A DNA stretch of 64,000 nt from positions 608,001 through 672,000 of the forward strand of contig CAVTRN010000002.1 of the NCBI GenBank assembly GCA_963737155.1, given 5' to 3'. The first letter of the stretch is position 1, and the number at the start of each line of letters is the position of its first letter. Of the stretch, positions 53,095 to 63,921 are shown piece after piece. A program made the translations under genes and the position numbers. The notes beneath the pieces were generated by a model. The model saw nothing but the letters and a program-made list of their open reading frames with translations. It had not been told where the DNA came from and did not search any database. This DNA comes from Nitrospirota bacterium. GTDB taxonomy: Bacteria; Nitrospirota; UBA9217.

Positions 53095-53613
53095 TTAAGG
53101 CCTGACTTGTTCAACAAATCTACCTTGATATTTAGCATGACCGTCGCATTTTTCAAAGATAAATTGACAGATCGTGGTACCGGGATATAAGGCCAATGGT
53201 GCGCGTCCTAAATTTACTATTTCCAAGACTTGATGGTTAGAGATGCCTGGATGCATAAAACCTGCTGTAACATGAACTGCTAGTCCGAAGCGGGCAAATC
53301 TACTTCTCCCTTCAAGTCTACCAGATATGTTATCGGCAAGAGTAATTTTTTCTTTAGTGATTCCCAAAATCATCTCACTTGGCTTTACAACTATATAACC
53401 TCCATCTTTTACATGAACAGCATTGGTTATCTCCTGGAAATAAGAATCATTTTTTACATGATAGATCTTTGATCGTTTTTTAAATATCCTGAAATCATTG
53501 CCTAGAGTAAGATCAACAGAACCAGGTCCAATCTGTGATTTATGAAGGGGTTCGATACTAATCAAATTATTTTTTAAAGCTTTTTGGATTTCCTTTCCGA
53601 TTAGCACGCTCAT
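53095..53613 (-). CDS. dcd: dCTP deaminase
   Basis: SVDLTLG, GRSRFARFGL, AGFMHPG, LEIVN and ICQ motifs. Confidence 0.9.
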   Translation of the reverse strand: MSVLIGKEIQKALKNNLISIEPLHKSQIGPGSVDLTLGNDFRIFKKRSKIYHVKNDSYFQEITNAVHVKDGGYIVVKPSEMILGITKEKITLADNISGRLEGRSRFARFGLAVHVTAGFMHPGISNHQVLEIVNLGRAPLALYPGTTICQFIFEKCDGHAKYQGRFVEQVRP

Positions 53614-54558
53614 ATTACTTAAACCTCTCAATTTATTTATTTTTCAATCAGTATTAGAAATTTGCATCCATCATGGATTCTCAAGATGTCCATCTCGCAG
53701 TTCATCTCCGGCAACATCTTTCGTCTTTGCAGGATTATTTTTTATTATCAAAAGCGAAGCAAAAGACTACGGTCATTAGCACGTGGATGAATGCGTCCCT
53801 CCTGTTTATGATGGAGAGTATTTCTGCAGCATTTATTCCCGCGTCAAAGAATATGCTAATTTCATCGATTTGCAACCTGCACTGCGGGCAGCTCAACCCC
53901 CGTAGCCGCTGTATTCGATCTTTTCTGATTCTGGTGGGTCCATGTCTTTGATGAGTTTCCTTCAAGTCTTTGATTTTAGCCGTTTTGTGAGGGCTTAGGC
54001 GCACAACGTCTTCGTGAACCCTTGGTGATAAAAAAATATTGCATTCTTGTTGTACTGTAGCCAGATTAATGATCAATGTCAATATGATGTTCTATGTGAT
54101 GAGTACAATTCCCGATGAAGGTTGGCCAACGTAGCCATAAATACATCAGCTTGCCCAACAAATAGATTGCTGCAGGTAAGAGGATCAGAAACGGAAGCAC
54201 GTTTCAATTAAATAAATGCATGCCAGAGATGAAGGAAGATTTATTGACTTCAAACTTCAACCGGTTAAGCGATACGTCTAAGGTATTTGTAGCCCCATAA
54301 GCTTCTGCAATCCAGAAGAATATACCATAAAAAAAGAAAATGAATTTATTTTGACCGCATGAGATTACCCAAAAGGCCTGCATCTTTAATATATGTTTGG
54401 ACCGTATATTTCTTCTCTAAAGTTTAGCAACCCGTCCGGCCTGAAAGTCTGCAACGTGACAGGCATTCCTTGGATTTACGGTCTAAAGAATTACTTCGCT
54501 AAACCAATATCACCGTGACTAAAAAAATGATATGCTACAATGGGATAAAGGGCGTTGC

Positions 54559-54861
54559 ATGAAAAGAATATCTATATTTATGGCGGTCAATATACACCTC
54601 CTTGCGTCTTGCCCGGTTATGCATATGGATGTGTGGAAATAGGGATTGGGATAGGATCGGTATGGCTGTGGTGTGGGCCGCCCGTTGTTATCCCGCAATA
54701 GGCCCCGCGTATACAAACAACAGGCGCCTCAGGCGGATGAACAACAGTATTACTGGTATTACTGTCAGGATACCAGGGCCTATTACCCGTACGTAAAACA
54801 ATGTCCCAGTGGGTGGCTTAGGGTTGTTCCAAACTCGAGTGCGCCAAAGGGAAAGGAGTGA
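54559..54861 (+). pseudogene. Decayed small exported protein with YWYYC..YYPYVKQCPSGW C-terminus
   Basis: The conserved-looking C-terminal motif is intact, but the N-terminus is broken across frames. Confidence 0.55.
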
Positions 54862-54867
54862 CGGCAT

Positions 54868-55260
54868 ATGGTGAAATTCAAGCAAATCATCGTGATATTT
54901 ATTCTTTTTCTGGTCGTGGGTGGATGCGCCACTTTCCCAACAGGGCCGTATTTTAATGAAGCGCCGCAGTTTGTCTATTCGCCTGAACTCGGTTTGTATG
55001 TTGCAGTCGGAGTTCCCGATGACCTGGTCTATACGGGGAATGATTACTTCTACTCTTACGGTGGACGTTGGTATCGCGGGCCATATTACAATGGCCCGTG
55101 GGTGCCTGCTGCCAGGACGGGTTTCCCGCTGGCTTTGCTCAGGTACCGGATTGACCAAATCCGACATTACCGAGACGCAGAGTTCGGACGATATAATCAG
55201 GATAGAGTGCACTATCGCGGACGATTCTACCGTCCCGAATTTCGCGGTGAAAGACGGTAA
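54868..55260 (+). CDS. Tyr/Arg-rich lipoprotein of unknown function
   Basis: Lipobox VGGC after a hydrophobic signal; GRWYRGPYYNGPW motif. Confidence 0.7.
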   Translation: MVKFKQIIVIFILFLVVGGCATFPTGPYFNEAPQFVYSPELGLYVAVGVPDDLVYTGNDYFYSYGGRWYRGPYYNGPWVPAARTGFPLALLRYRIDQIRHYRDAEFGRYNQDRVHYRGRFYRPEFRGERR

Positions 55261-55262
55261 AT

Positions 55263-56897
55263 CCTAAAAAGAGCAGTTACCCTCAATCAGAGCCACTTAT
55301 CCACACCATAACGGCAGAAGTTCAGGCGCCTGCAACGGTTTTCCACCCAGCAGTTTGAAAAATGCACGGCTCAAGATACGTCGCCACCGTTCACCTGGAG
55401 TCAACTGCTCCGCAGTTGTTTTCAGGATGGCTAGAAAGCGGGATATCTCATCGAGAATGCGTTGAACTTTTCCAGAGCTTGCGTGCGCACTCGTGATGGT
55501 CATCATGGTCTGCCCTTGATGGCGTGTTTGTTTGCCAACCGCATGCAGAAGAAGTGGACGACTCGTAATTGCCTCCAAGTGTTTGTCCGGATGAGCAAGC
55601 CTCACGAAGAGCGACCACCAGTTGTAAACTAATGCTACGGTCCGCGCCATGAAGCCGCAGCGCTTAAGGTCCCGGGTCGTATATCCGCCCCACCCCCACT
55701 GATTCTTCAACTCGTCAAAAATATTCTCTGCATCCGCACGATCACGGTAGTGTTGGGCGATTGTGAGAATCTCGTCTTTGAGGGTGGTGGCTAGTACTGC
55801 ATACTCATATCGCTTGGCAACTCCGGGCGCTTCCACAAACCCAAGTTCCATCTGATCCTTCTGCTGCAGGCTTATTGCTACGTCTCCCGTGAGCACTCGT
55901 CGAAGGATAATAACGCGACGAGATTTCTGCCATCCCATGAGTTGAAGGGATTCTTCCACACCCTCCCAGCCCTGTCCGGCATCTACCCAATCGTTACTAT
56001 AGAATGCCTTCTCAATAAGCCTCCGCACGTTCTTCGTGAGGCGTAGCTTCACGAGATAGGGCAATTCTTTTTCTTCTGCCTGACTCATGAAGCCGTCCGT
56101 GCCCCAGCCTGAATCCCCCCGGAAAAAGGCAGGCCAAAAGCGACGCGGGAGTCGTTCCAGAAGCTGCCATAACCCCGGGGTGCTGTAACACGTTGCTGTT
56201 TTGTTTCCGGCCTGCACCTCAACATCCAAAACAAGCCGGGTATTGGCCATCAGGTAACTGTGATAGGTGTGAGACGGCCTGCCGGGCTTATGCGGGTTGT
56301 AACCAATGACCGCGCCCTCTTGTTTTCCGTACAACGGTTTGACTGTCGTATCTCCGTCCATAATCCATGGCATGCACAGGAGGGATTCATAACATCGCCT
56401 CATGTGCTCAGTAAGCCATGAGATGCCGGCATGCTCATCCATCTGCTTAAATCCCCGCCGTACGGTGTCTTCGCTCACGACCTTCGTCATGCCGAGTAGT
56501 GCCGGGTTGACATTATCGCTTCGAACGCTCGTCATGTGGGAATAACGATGGTGACCGGCTAGAACGGACAACAGGACTGTACCGAGAAGATCGCGCTTCT
56601 CGGGTGCGTTAGGACTCGTGTAGTGCAGTGGACAGTCTGCTACCCATGGTTCGTAGATTCCACCCGTCTTCAAAAAATCGATGAAGAACGCCAGCTGGCC
56701 CATTGGCGTAACGGCTGCTGTTGAATCCCATTCAACATGCACTTTTCCTGCAAAGGTATCGACTGCAATTCTATCTGTTTTATCTGTAGGTGGAGATGAA
56801 ATCGAGTCACCCATTGGGTGAGACCTCCTTGTTGAAAGAAGTATCATAGTATCCAATAGTTAACTCAGATTTGCAAGGCCCAACTGCCGTTTATAGG
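55263..56897 (-). mobile_element. IS1380-family insertion sequence, apparently intact
   Basis: IRs CCTAAAAAGAGCAGTT / CCTATAAACGGCAGTT (13/16 match); 5-bp TSD TAAAT at 55258-55262 and 56898-56902. Confidence 0.88.
55297..56814 (-). CDS. IS1380-type DDE transposase
   Basis: MDGDTT, GYNP, RGDSG and YRDRADAENIFDELK motifs; AGGAGGT RBS. Confidence 0.88.
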   Translation of the reverse strand: MGDSISSPPTDKTDRIAVDTFAGKVHVEWDSTAAVTPMGQLAFFIDFLKTGGIYEPWVADCPLHYTSPNAPEKRDLLGTVLLSVLAGHHRYSHMTSVRSDNVNPALLGMTKVVSEDTVRRGFKQMDEHAGISWLTEHMRRCYESLLCMPWIMDGDTTVKPLYGKQEGAVIGYNPHKPGRPSHTYHSYLMANTRLVLDVEVQAGNKTATCYSTPGLWQLLERLPRRFWPAFFRGDSGWGTDGFMSQAEEKELPYLVKLRLTKNVRRLIEKAFYSNDWVDAGQGWEGVEESLQLMGWQKSRRVIILRRVLTGDVAISLQQKDQMELGFVEAPGVAKRYEYAVLATTLKDEILTIAQHYRDRADAENIFDELKNQWGWGGYTTRDLKRCGFMARTVALVYNWWSLFVRLAHPDKHLEAITSRPLLLHAVGKQTRHQGQTMMTITSAHASSGKVQRILDEISRFLAILKTTAEQLTPGERWRRILSRAFFKLLGGKPLQAPELLPLWCG

Positions 56898-56940
56898 TAA
56901 ATAGATCTCAGGGAAGAACAGAAGCGAGGCAGTCGGTGTG

Positions 56941-56990
56941 AAAACAACCAAACGCGGAAACAGGTCATCCTGTCCGCGTTTGGTTGTTTT
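56941..56990. terminator. Bidirectional intrinsic terminator-like hairpin downstream of gltB
   Basis: 18-bp IR AAAACAACCAAACGCGGA...TCCGCGTTTGGTTGTTTT. Confidence 0.7.
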
Positions 56991-57147
56991 ATGCAATTTA
57001 ACATCTTTTGACTGTTTTCCGCCAGAAACCCAAAAAAATTTCTCTTGTGAATTCTGCCCTCGAAAAATTTTATTACAATTCTACGATCTAATTTGCACCT
57101 CCGGCTGGACTCGGTTTTTTCGCCTGCGGTTTATGTACAAGAATATC

Positions 57148-60100
57148 TTACTTCGGTATGACCTTTTTGAATAAGTCTGCCCTGACGTCGAAATAGGCGA
57201 GGATCGATTTGGCGAGGAGACTCTCCGTGTAAACACGATGGGCCTCGATCAGGGATTTCAGGCGTTCCTTGTCATTGTCGTCACAGTCTAAAGCCGTAAC
57301 GTATTGCGTATTCAACCGGCTGACCAGCACGTTGTCCTCATCGAGGACATACAGGGTTCCGCCGGTCATGCCCGCCCCGACATTAAACCCGGTCGGGCCG
57401 AGTACAACCACCTCGCCCATGGTCATGTATTCGCACAGATGCTGTCCCGCGCCTTCGATCACCGCCGTTGCACCGCTGTTTCGGACACAAAAACGTTCGC
57501 CCGCCTGACCTGCGGCAAAGAATTCACCGCCCGTTGCCCCATACAGAACCGTGTTTCCCATGATTACCTGTTTATGGGGTTCTCTGACGCAATCCGGTCT
57601 TATCACTATTTTCCCCCCGTGCATTCCTTTCCCGACATAGTCATTCGCCTCGCCGATTAAAATGAGTGTAAGGCCTTTGTGATTAAATGCTCCGAAGCTT
57701 TGGCCGGCGGAGCCTTGAAAGATGAGTGTAAGAGTGTCAGGAGGAAGCCCGTTTTCGCCGTACTTCCGCGCGATGTGATAATTGAGTCGTACCGGAATGC
57801 TCCTGTCAATATTCCGGATGGAGTACTCTTTTTTTACCGGAGTTGCTGTTTCGATAAAGGGCAGAACATCGGACAGGATCTCATCGTTCATCGTGGGGGA
57901 GGGATTATCATTACGGAATTGGGCGCTCCGAAGGGGCTTGCCTCGTCTGAAAAAATCAAGGAAGGGATCAAGCTTGATCCGCTTTGAAGCCGGGAAGTCC
58001 TTGTGATCGATAATCGTGAGAAGATCGGTCCGGCCGATGATCATATCCAGTCTACCGTATCCCATTAGTGCAAGGATCTCGCGAACTTCACCCGCGATGG
58101 AGTTAAAAAGAGACATCACTCCTTCACTCGTTCCCCTGAACCGGGACCTAAGCTTAGGGTCTTGGGTAGCGACACCGGTTGGGCAGGTATTGAGATGGCA
58201 CTGCCGGGCCATGACGCAGCCCGTAGCGATCATAGTCTCGGTGCCGAATCCGAACTCCTCTGCCCCCAGGAGTGCGGCGATGATGATGTCCTTGCCTGTT
58301 TTGATACCGCCGTCAACCCTGACCCTGATCCGCTCCCTGAGGCCGTTGTCGATCAGAATATGCTGCGTCTCCAAGAGTCCCAGTTCCCAGTAACTGCCTA
58401 CATTCTTGATTGAGGTCAATGGCGCGGCGCCGGTGCCGCCTTCATTTCCGCTGATCTGTACGATGTCAGCATACGCTTTTGCAACGCCTGCAGCAACGGT
58501 GCCCACCCCGATTTCCGATACGAGCTTGACTGCCACCTGTGCTTCGGGATTCGCCTGTTTAAGATCATGAATAAGCTGGTTCAGGTCTTCGATAGAATAG
58601 ATGTCATGGTGCGGGGGCGGTGAAATGAGGAGTGTGCCGGGTTTGCAATATCTGAGGCCAGCGATGTATTCATCCACTTTAAGCGCCGGGAGGTGGCCGC
58701 CTTCTCCGGGCTTTGCACCCTGCGCCATCTTGATCTCGATCTCGCGAGCCGAGGCAAGATAGTACGGTGTTACGCCGAAACGGCCTGAAGCTACCTGCTT
58801 GATGGCGCTGTTTTTTACGGTCTGGAATCTCTTTGAATCTTCACCGCCTTCTCCGCTGTTACTGCGCATGCCGAGACAATTGCAAGCTTCCGCGATGGTC
58901 TCATGGGCTTCCGGGGAAAGTGCGCCTACGGACATAGCGCCAGAGGTAAATCGTTTGAGGATTGATTTACCGGACTCGACCTTATCGAGAGAAAGGGGTT
59001 TGCCAGTCCTGTAACCCAAAAGATGTCTTAAGCTCGCGGGTCGTGCGTTTACCAAAGTAGTAAAGTTTTTGAAATCAGCGGGGGCACCGCTCTTGACGAA
59101 TTTAATCAAAGCCTGGACAGCGGGAGCCCCCCAGGCATGCCATTCCCCGTCTCGCTTATAGCGCAAGAATCCGCCCGGATCCATAACAGGGCCAGGGGTC
59201 TCAAAACCTGAAGAGTGCCGTTTGAGGAGAGAATCCTCGATCGCCTGAATGCCGTCCGATTCGATTCCAACCGGGATTTTTCCGAAGTAATCATGGACAA
59301 AATCCTGATTAAGACAAATTGGGTCAAAGAGTTGCGCGCCGTGATAGGAATTGACGGTCGATATCCCGTGTCGCGAAATCACTTTGAGGAATCCGTCCTC
59401 AAGTGATTTTTTGAAGTTGCGGGCCGCATCGGCAAAGGTAATATTGATCTCGCCTCGCGCGACAAGGTCTTTAATCGTCTGGAAAACGAGATAAGGACAG
59501 ATGGCTGACGCACCGAAACCTATGAGGCACGCGATATGGTGCACGTCTCTCGCTTCCCCTGTTTCAATAATGAGGCTCGCCGCATGGGCAAGATCCTTTC
59601 GAAACAGTCCCTGGAATGATGCCGCCACGGCGAGAAGAGACGGGATCGCAACCCTTTCTTTTGAAATGCCCCGGTCAGACAGTATGATGATCTCTGCGCC
59701 GGAAGCAACCGCATTCGTAACGTCATTCATAAGCGTTGCAACACCGGCTGAAAGATCAGTCGCGCCCTTCGCATAGGTGATCGGAACCTTCCTTATCTTG
59801 AACATCCCGCTTTGTTCGATCTCGGCGAGATGGTCGGCGCACAAGACGGGCGACTCTATCTGGAACCGTCTGGCTTGCTCCGGTGTCTCCATGAGGAAAC
59901 TTTTACGACCACCGAGGTTCATGAAGAGCGACATGACCATTCTTTCCCTTATGGGATCAATCGCGGGATTGGTGACTTGGGAAAAGCGCTGCTTAAAATA
60001 TTTGAAGAGAAGCTGCGGCTTTTCAGATAATGGCGGGATCGGAGTATCGTCACCCATCGAGAAGGTCAGTTCCGTTCCGGTCTCGGCCATGGTCTTTATA

Positions 60101-61458
60101 AGCATCTGCAACTCTTCAGCGGTATATCCAAAAGCAATCTGTTTTCGCACAAGGTCTGGATCCGGTTCCGGTGTGCCCGTACTTTCGAACAAACGGCCTA
60201 TGCGGTGGTTTTTAATCCAAGCGCGGTAGGGTTTTCTGCGTGCGAGTTCTTGCAGTATCTCTTTTGTCTTTTTGACCTTTCTCTTTGTGAAATCAACCGA
60301 GATGGTATCTCCCGGGCCAAGCCTCCCTTTTTCAAGGAACTTCCTTCCATGGAGGTCGATCATGCCTGCTTCTGATCCGCAGACCAGGACATTGTCTTCA
60401 GTCAGCGAATATCTGAGCGGCCTGAGGCCGTTCCGGTCCAGGTGTGCGCCCACCGTATCTCCATCTGTGAACACGATTGCGGCAGGACCGTCCCAAGGGG
60501 ACATCAAGAGGGACGAAAATTCGAAAAAGGCTCGCACTTCCGGGTTAAGATCCATGTGCTCCCAGGCAGGAGGAATGCAGAGGTTTACGGCGTGCTCCGG
60601 AGAAAAGCCTGAGCGTATCAGGAGTTCGATGATTTTGTCAAGAGAGGCGGAATCGCTTTCGTCATAAAGGACGAAGGGTGCGAGAACTTCCCTATTGTTT
60701 TCAAATCCGCTGAGAATTTCTTTTTCCAAGGCCTTTATCCAATTTCTGTTTCCCTGAAGGGTGTTGATTTCTCCATTGTGGCCAAGCACGCGAAAGGGCT
60801 GGGCTAGACACCACTCAGGCAGGGTATTTGTGGAGAAACGCTGATGAAATATGCAGAAAGTTGATTCGAAAGCCTCGTTCTTCAGGTCGGGATAGAACCG
60901 GTCTAGCTGGGGTGCGACGAGAAGGCCCTTATATAGTATTGTTTTTGAAGAGATACTCGGAATGCATATGTCCTTGCCTAGTTTATTTTCGATTGCCTTC
61001 CTTGCAAAAAAGAGCTTACGTTCCCGATCCTGACAGAATACGCCCTCTGTATCGATCAAAAGCTGCCTGATTCTCGGTTTTGTTCCAAGAGCCGCTTGAC
61101 CGAGCGCATCGTCATTGGTGGGCACATCGCGCCATCCCATAGGCCTGAAGCCGCATGTCGTGAGAGCTTCATCAATCTCGTGCTCCACAACGCCATAGAG
61201 GAAAAAAGTGCCCACGGCTAGGTTCCTGATATCGGAGATGGAAAAGCCGAGTTCCCTGATTATCGTATCAAAAAATTTCCGCGGGATTTCGGTGATGATT
61301 CCGGCGCCGTCACCGGTTTTGCCGTCGGCGCCAACCGCCCCGCGGTGCGTGAGGTTCTTAACCGCCTCGATGCCCCAAGCGACAATTTGCCTGTTGCTTT
61401 GGCCGGAGACGCTGCAAATAAAACCGACACCGCAGCTTGAATAAGGATTATTTCCCAT
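57148..61458 (-). CDS. gltB: Glutamate synthase large subunit
   Basis: N-terminal CGVGF (GATase II), HQRFSTNT, HNGEIN, FMN domain (KMAQGAKPGEGG), C-x5-C-x4-C 3Fe-4S motif and GXGXG domain. Confidence 0.97.
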   Translation of the reverse strand: MGNNPYSSCGVGFICSVSGQSNRQIVAWGIEAVKNLTHRGAVGADGKTGDGAGIITEIPRKFFDTIIRELGFSISDIRNLAVGTFFLYGVVEHEIDEALTTCGFRPMGWRDVPTNDDALGQAALGTKPRIRQLLIDTEGVFCQDRERKLFFARKAIENKLGKDICIPSISSKTILYKGLLVAPQLDRFYPDLKNEAFESTFCIFHQRFSTNTLPEWCLAQPFRVLGHNGEINTLQGNRNWIKALEKEILSGFENNREVLAPFVLYDESDSASLDKIIELLIRSGFSPEHAVNLCIPPAWEHMDLNPEVRAFFEFSSLLMSPWDGPAAIVFTDGDTVGAHLDRNGLRPLRYSLTEDNVLVCGSEAGMIDLHGRKFLEKGRLGPGDTISVDFTKRKVKKTKEILQELARRKPYRAWIKNHRIGRLFESTGTPEPDPDLVRKQIAFGYTAEELQMLIKTMAETGTELTFSMGDDTPIPPLSEKPQLLFKYFKQRFSQVTNPAIDPIRERMVMSLFMNLGGRKSFLMETPEQARRFQIESPVLCADHLAEIEQSGMFKIRKVPITYAKGATDLSAGVATLMNDVTNAVASGAEIIILSDRGISKERVAIPSLLAVAASFQGLFRKDLAHAASLIIETGEARDVHHIACLIGFGASAICPYLVFQTIKDLVARGEINITFADAARNFKKSLEDGFLKVISRHGISTVNSYHGAQLFDPICLNQDFVHDYFGKIPVGIESDGIQAIEDSLLKRHSSGFETPGPVMDPGGFLRYKRDGEWHAWGAPAVQALIKFVKSGAPADFKNFTTLVNARPASLRHLLGYRTGKPLSLDKVESGKSILKRFTSGAMSVGALSPEAHETIAEACNCLGMRSNSGEGGEDSKRFQTVKNSAIKQVASGRFGVTPYYLASAREIEIKMAQGAKPGEGGHLPALKVDEYIAGLRYCKPGTLLISPPPHHDIYSIEDLNQLIHDLKQANPEAQVAVKLVSEIGVGTVAAGVAKAYADIVQISGNEGGTGAAPLTSIKNVGSYWELGLLETQHILIDNGLRERIRVRVDGGIKTGKDIIIAALLGAEEFGFGTETMIATGCVMARQCHLNTCPTGVATQDPKLRSRFRGTSEGVMSLFNSIAGEVREILALMGYGRLDMIIGRTDLLTIIDHKDFPASKRIKLDPFLDFFRRGKPLRSAQFRNDNPSPTMNDEILSDVLPFIETATPVKKEYSIRNIDRSIPVRLNYHIARKYGENGLPPDTLTLIFQGSAGQSFGAFNHKGLTLILIGEANDYVGKGMHGGKIVIRPDCVREPHKQVIMGNTVLYGATGGEFFAAGQAGERFCVRNSGATAVIEGAGQHLCEYMTMGEVVVLGPTGFNVGAGMTGGTLYVLDEDNVLVSRLNTQYVTALDCDDNDKERLKSLIEAHRVYTESLLAKSILAYFDVRADLFKKVIPK

Positions 61459-61741
61459 GAACACGCCTTTTTATGTATCACTGCTCATTTTCTTCAATTG
61501 TAGCAGGTGTTATAAGAGGTTGCCGGGACTCACTCGAATACGATATGAATAGAAGGGATCTGACGTTCCCATAGCTTTCAGCTATTATTGATTGTGGCCT
61601 GAAATATTTATCACTTATCATCCGCCCAGAGTCGGGCTGAAAGCACGTAAATTTGCAATATAATGGAAAAAAATACTGTGAATGTCGCGCGATGGCTAAA
61701 TGTTACGAATTGGGAAATATCGGCAAAAAGGGAGAACAACA

Positions 61742-62040
61742 ATGACTTACGTCCTTGTTAAAGAGAGAGCCAAAGATTTTTCGAAGTGAATAGAAATTTA
61801 GAACGCTCGCCAGAAGATTCGCATTGAGGCGGGATCGAAGACAAATATGTTTTACGAAGCGCTAGTGATTGCAATGAAGTCATACTTCTGTGGGAGGTCA
61901 AGGACATGGCCAGAGCAAAGGCTTTCATTGACGCACCACAATTGCGGGATGTCATGGAAAAGACAGGTGTCATCGGAAAATCTGATATTTACTACCTGAA
62001 TGATGACTATGGAGATTTAGCAAAAGCTTCCGGTTTTTGA
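61742..62040 (+). pseudogene. Decayed small cyclase/ABM-like protein
   Basis: MTYVLVK..DFSK*.. then NEVILLWEVKDMARAKAF..PQLRDVMEKTGV...DIYYL, with stops and a frameshift. Confidence 0.55.
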
Positions 62041-62347
62041 TGTCATTAATGCGAGCCGAGGTTTTTTTGTAATTTCGGACAGACATGTTGTAGGGCACTT
62101 CAAACTTATTTTTCTTGGTGCTACGCGACCACATCCTAAGCACGAAGAGATGTGACATGCGGATCAAGGGGGAGGATGCGCAGAGATTTTAAGGGGAGAA
62201 AAATTGCTGTCTCTCACAAGTCGATTGAGTTGTAAACTAGGTGAGAGTAATAGCAGCGATTGCGGGTCGCGGGAGCGTAGATGCCGATGTGAAGTATGGG
62301 TGAGGATGCAGTCTGCCTTATACGCCAAGCTAAAAATAATGGAATTT

Positions 62348-62385
62348 AATAAGGCCCGTCAGTCAATTGACTGACGGGCCTTATT
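62348..62385. terminator. Perfect 38-bp palindrome, probable terminator
   Basis: AATAAGGCCCGTCAGTCAATTGACTGACGGGCCTTATT is its own reverse complement; it lies downstream of the cytochrome c gene. Confidence 0.6.
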
Positions 62386-62570
62386 GTGTATCGACGATGT
62401 TCCTATGCAAATCACTATTTTGACCCGCTCGAGTCTGTGAGATTAGTTGTACGCAACGCATAACATGCCGAATCGCCATACACGGACCTTAACGCACGGT
62501 TGGTGTGACAGGAAAATTCTGTGAGGGACCAACCGACGTCAACGTTTTTATCAGGACGGCTTACTTCTTA

Positions 62571-63158
62571 TCACTGTTGAGGAGGTAGGGCCATAACGGG
62601 AGCGGGAACCTTATTCGTGATCGGCTTAAGGCTTTTGAGATAAGCAAAAATCGCTTTGAGATCCGCGTCCGTAAGTTTGGCATATTCGTTCCAAGGCATG
62701 GGAGGCAAAATGTCTCGCCCCGATCCCATGAACTTGCCGGTGCGTATAATTTTAATGAATAGTCCAACGTCCCAAGTTCCTGTTCCGGTTTCCGGATCAG
62801 GTGAAAGATTGGAAGTATAGCTTGTACCCCAAGGGCCGACCCACGCTGTTAAACCGTTGTTTGTGATGGCCCCCCATTTATTCGGGCCGAACATATCAGG
62901 TGGAATTGCGGGCAGGTTTTCATCGGATGGATGACCCGAAAGTAGCCGTGTCTCATCCAGGACCGGACCGGCGGGAGTCATTTTCTTCGGGGTATGACAG
63001 TCGTTGCATCCACCCAAAGTCACAAGGTATAGGCCTCTTTTGATGAGCGTTTTATTACCTTGTGCCGCCTTTTGTTCTGCTGTAAACGAGATCTTTGGTG
63101 CGAGGAACAAGCTGAGTAACCCTATCATTAGACATACTGCAAAAATTATCTTTTTCAT
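62571..63158 (-). CDS. Periplasmic c-type cytochrome (one CXXCH)
   Basis: Signal peptide, RGLYLV..GCNDCHTP, NLSPD..TG and PPMPW motifs. Confidence 0.88.
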   Translation of the reverse strand: MKKIIFAVCLMIGLLSLFLAPKISFTAEQKAAQGNKTLIKRGLYLVTLGGCNDCHTPKKMTPAGPVLDETRLLSGHPSDENLPAIPPDMFGPNKWGAITNNGLTAWVGPWGTSYTSNLSPDPETGTGTWDVGLFIKIIRTGKFMGSGRDILPPMPWNEYAKLTDADLKAIFAYLKSLKPITNKVPAPVMALPPQQ

Positions 63159-63921
63159 CCCATGATCTCCTTTCGTAAGGTATTTGGCTCTTGGTACGGA
63201 AATATGAGTTGATACATTTTAATATTTCTTAGTACGATCATTGCGGACGAATTGAAGTAAGGCAGATGGTTGTAACAATTGCAAGATTGAGGCTGCTGTG
63301 TGCTTCGTTCCGGGCAAAGGTAGCTCGTAAAAAAATCAATCCTCGACCCAATACTATCGGCTTAAGCTAATTACTGTAATGATAGCAGATACTCTTTAAC
63401 GTTTCAAGGAGGTCTGGATATGCATTCTAGGAATATTGGAATTATGGCTTAGACTACTGTTGGAAATTTCATTGAGTTAAATAAATGTGGGCCAGATTAT
63501 AATGGAATTAGACTCGCAGGGACGATTCTTGACAGTTTCTTTAGCACAGTACACGCTTTTTCGCGCACTCCAAACTAATAAAAAGGGGTGGGTTTGAGTC
63601 GTAGTCCTGCTGTTTTTTACCCTTGAAACCGCCGCGTGAAGCAGTTATACTCTCCCCGATATTTTTACATAAAATGCCATGGGGGAAGCGGACGAGAAAC
63701 GCCTGCCGAGATCCCCGGACGGCTGATCAGAAACCGATTCTGTAATGAATCCCTGGCGACAGGTAATCGAATATCATATAATCAACTCAAAGCTGGCCTC
63801 CTGGTTTCCGATGGCGAGCGAAAGGCCTTGGCCGAAATCAATATTGGGAAAATTCTGAAAGGTATTTGGCAGGAAGAAATAGAAAATTAGATTTAGAAAG
63901 GGGAATTCGCGGTTATTACTT

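Noticed and set aside
54420-54500. c-di-GMP-I riboswitch
   Set aside because: The GCAAA-P1-GNRA-GCAAA core is missing.
63636-63890. Lysine riboswitch upstream of the LysE gene (GAAAGG..GCCGAA..TTGGG)
   Set aside because: The spacing is far too short and the flanking AGAGG/ACTGTC elements are absent; more likely a decayed small ORF.
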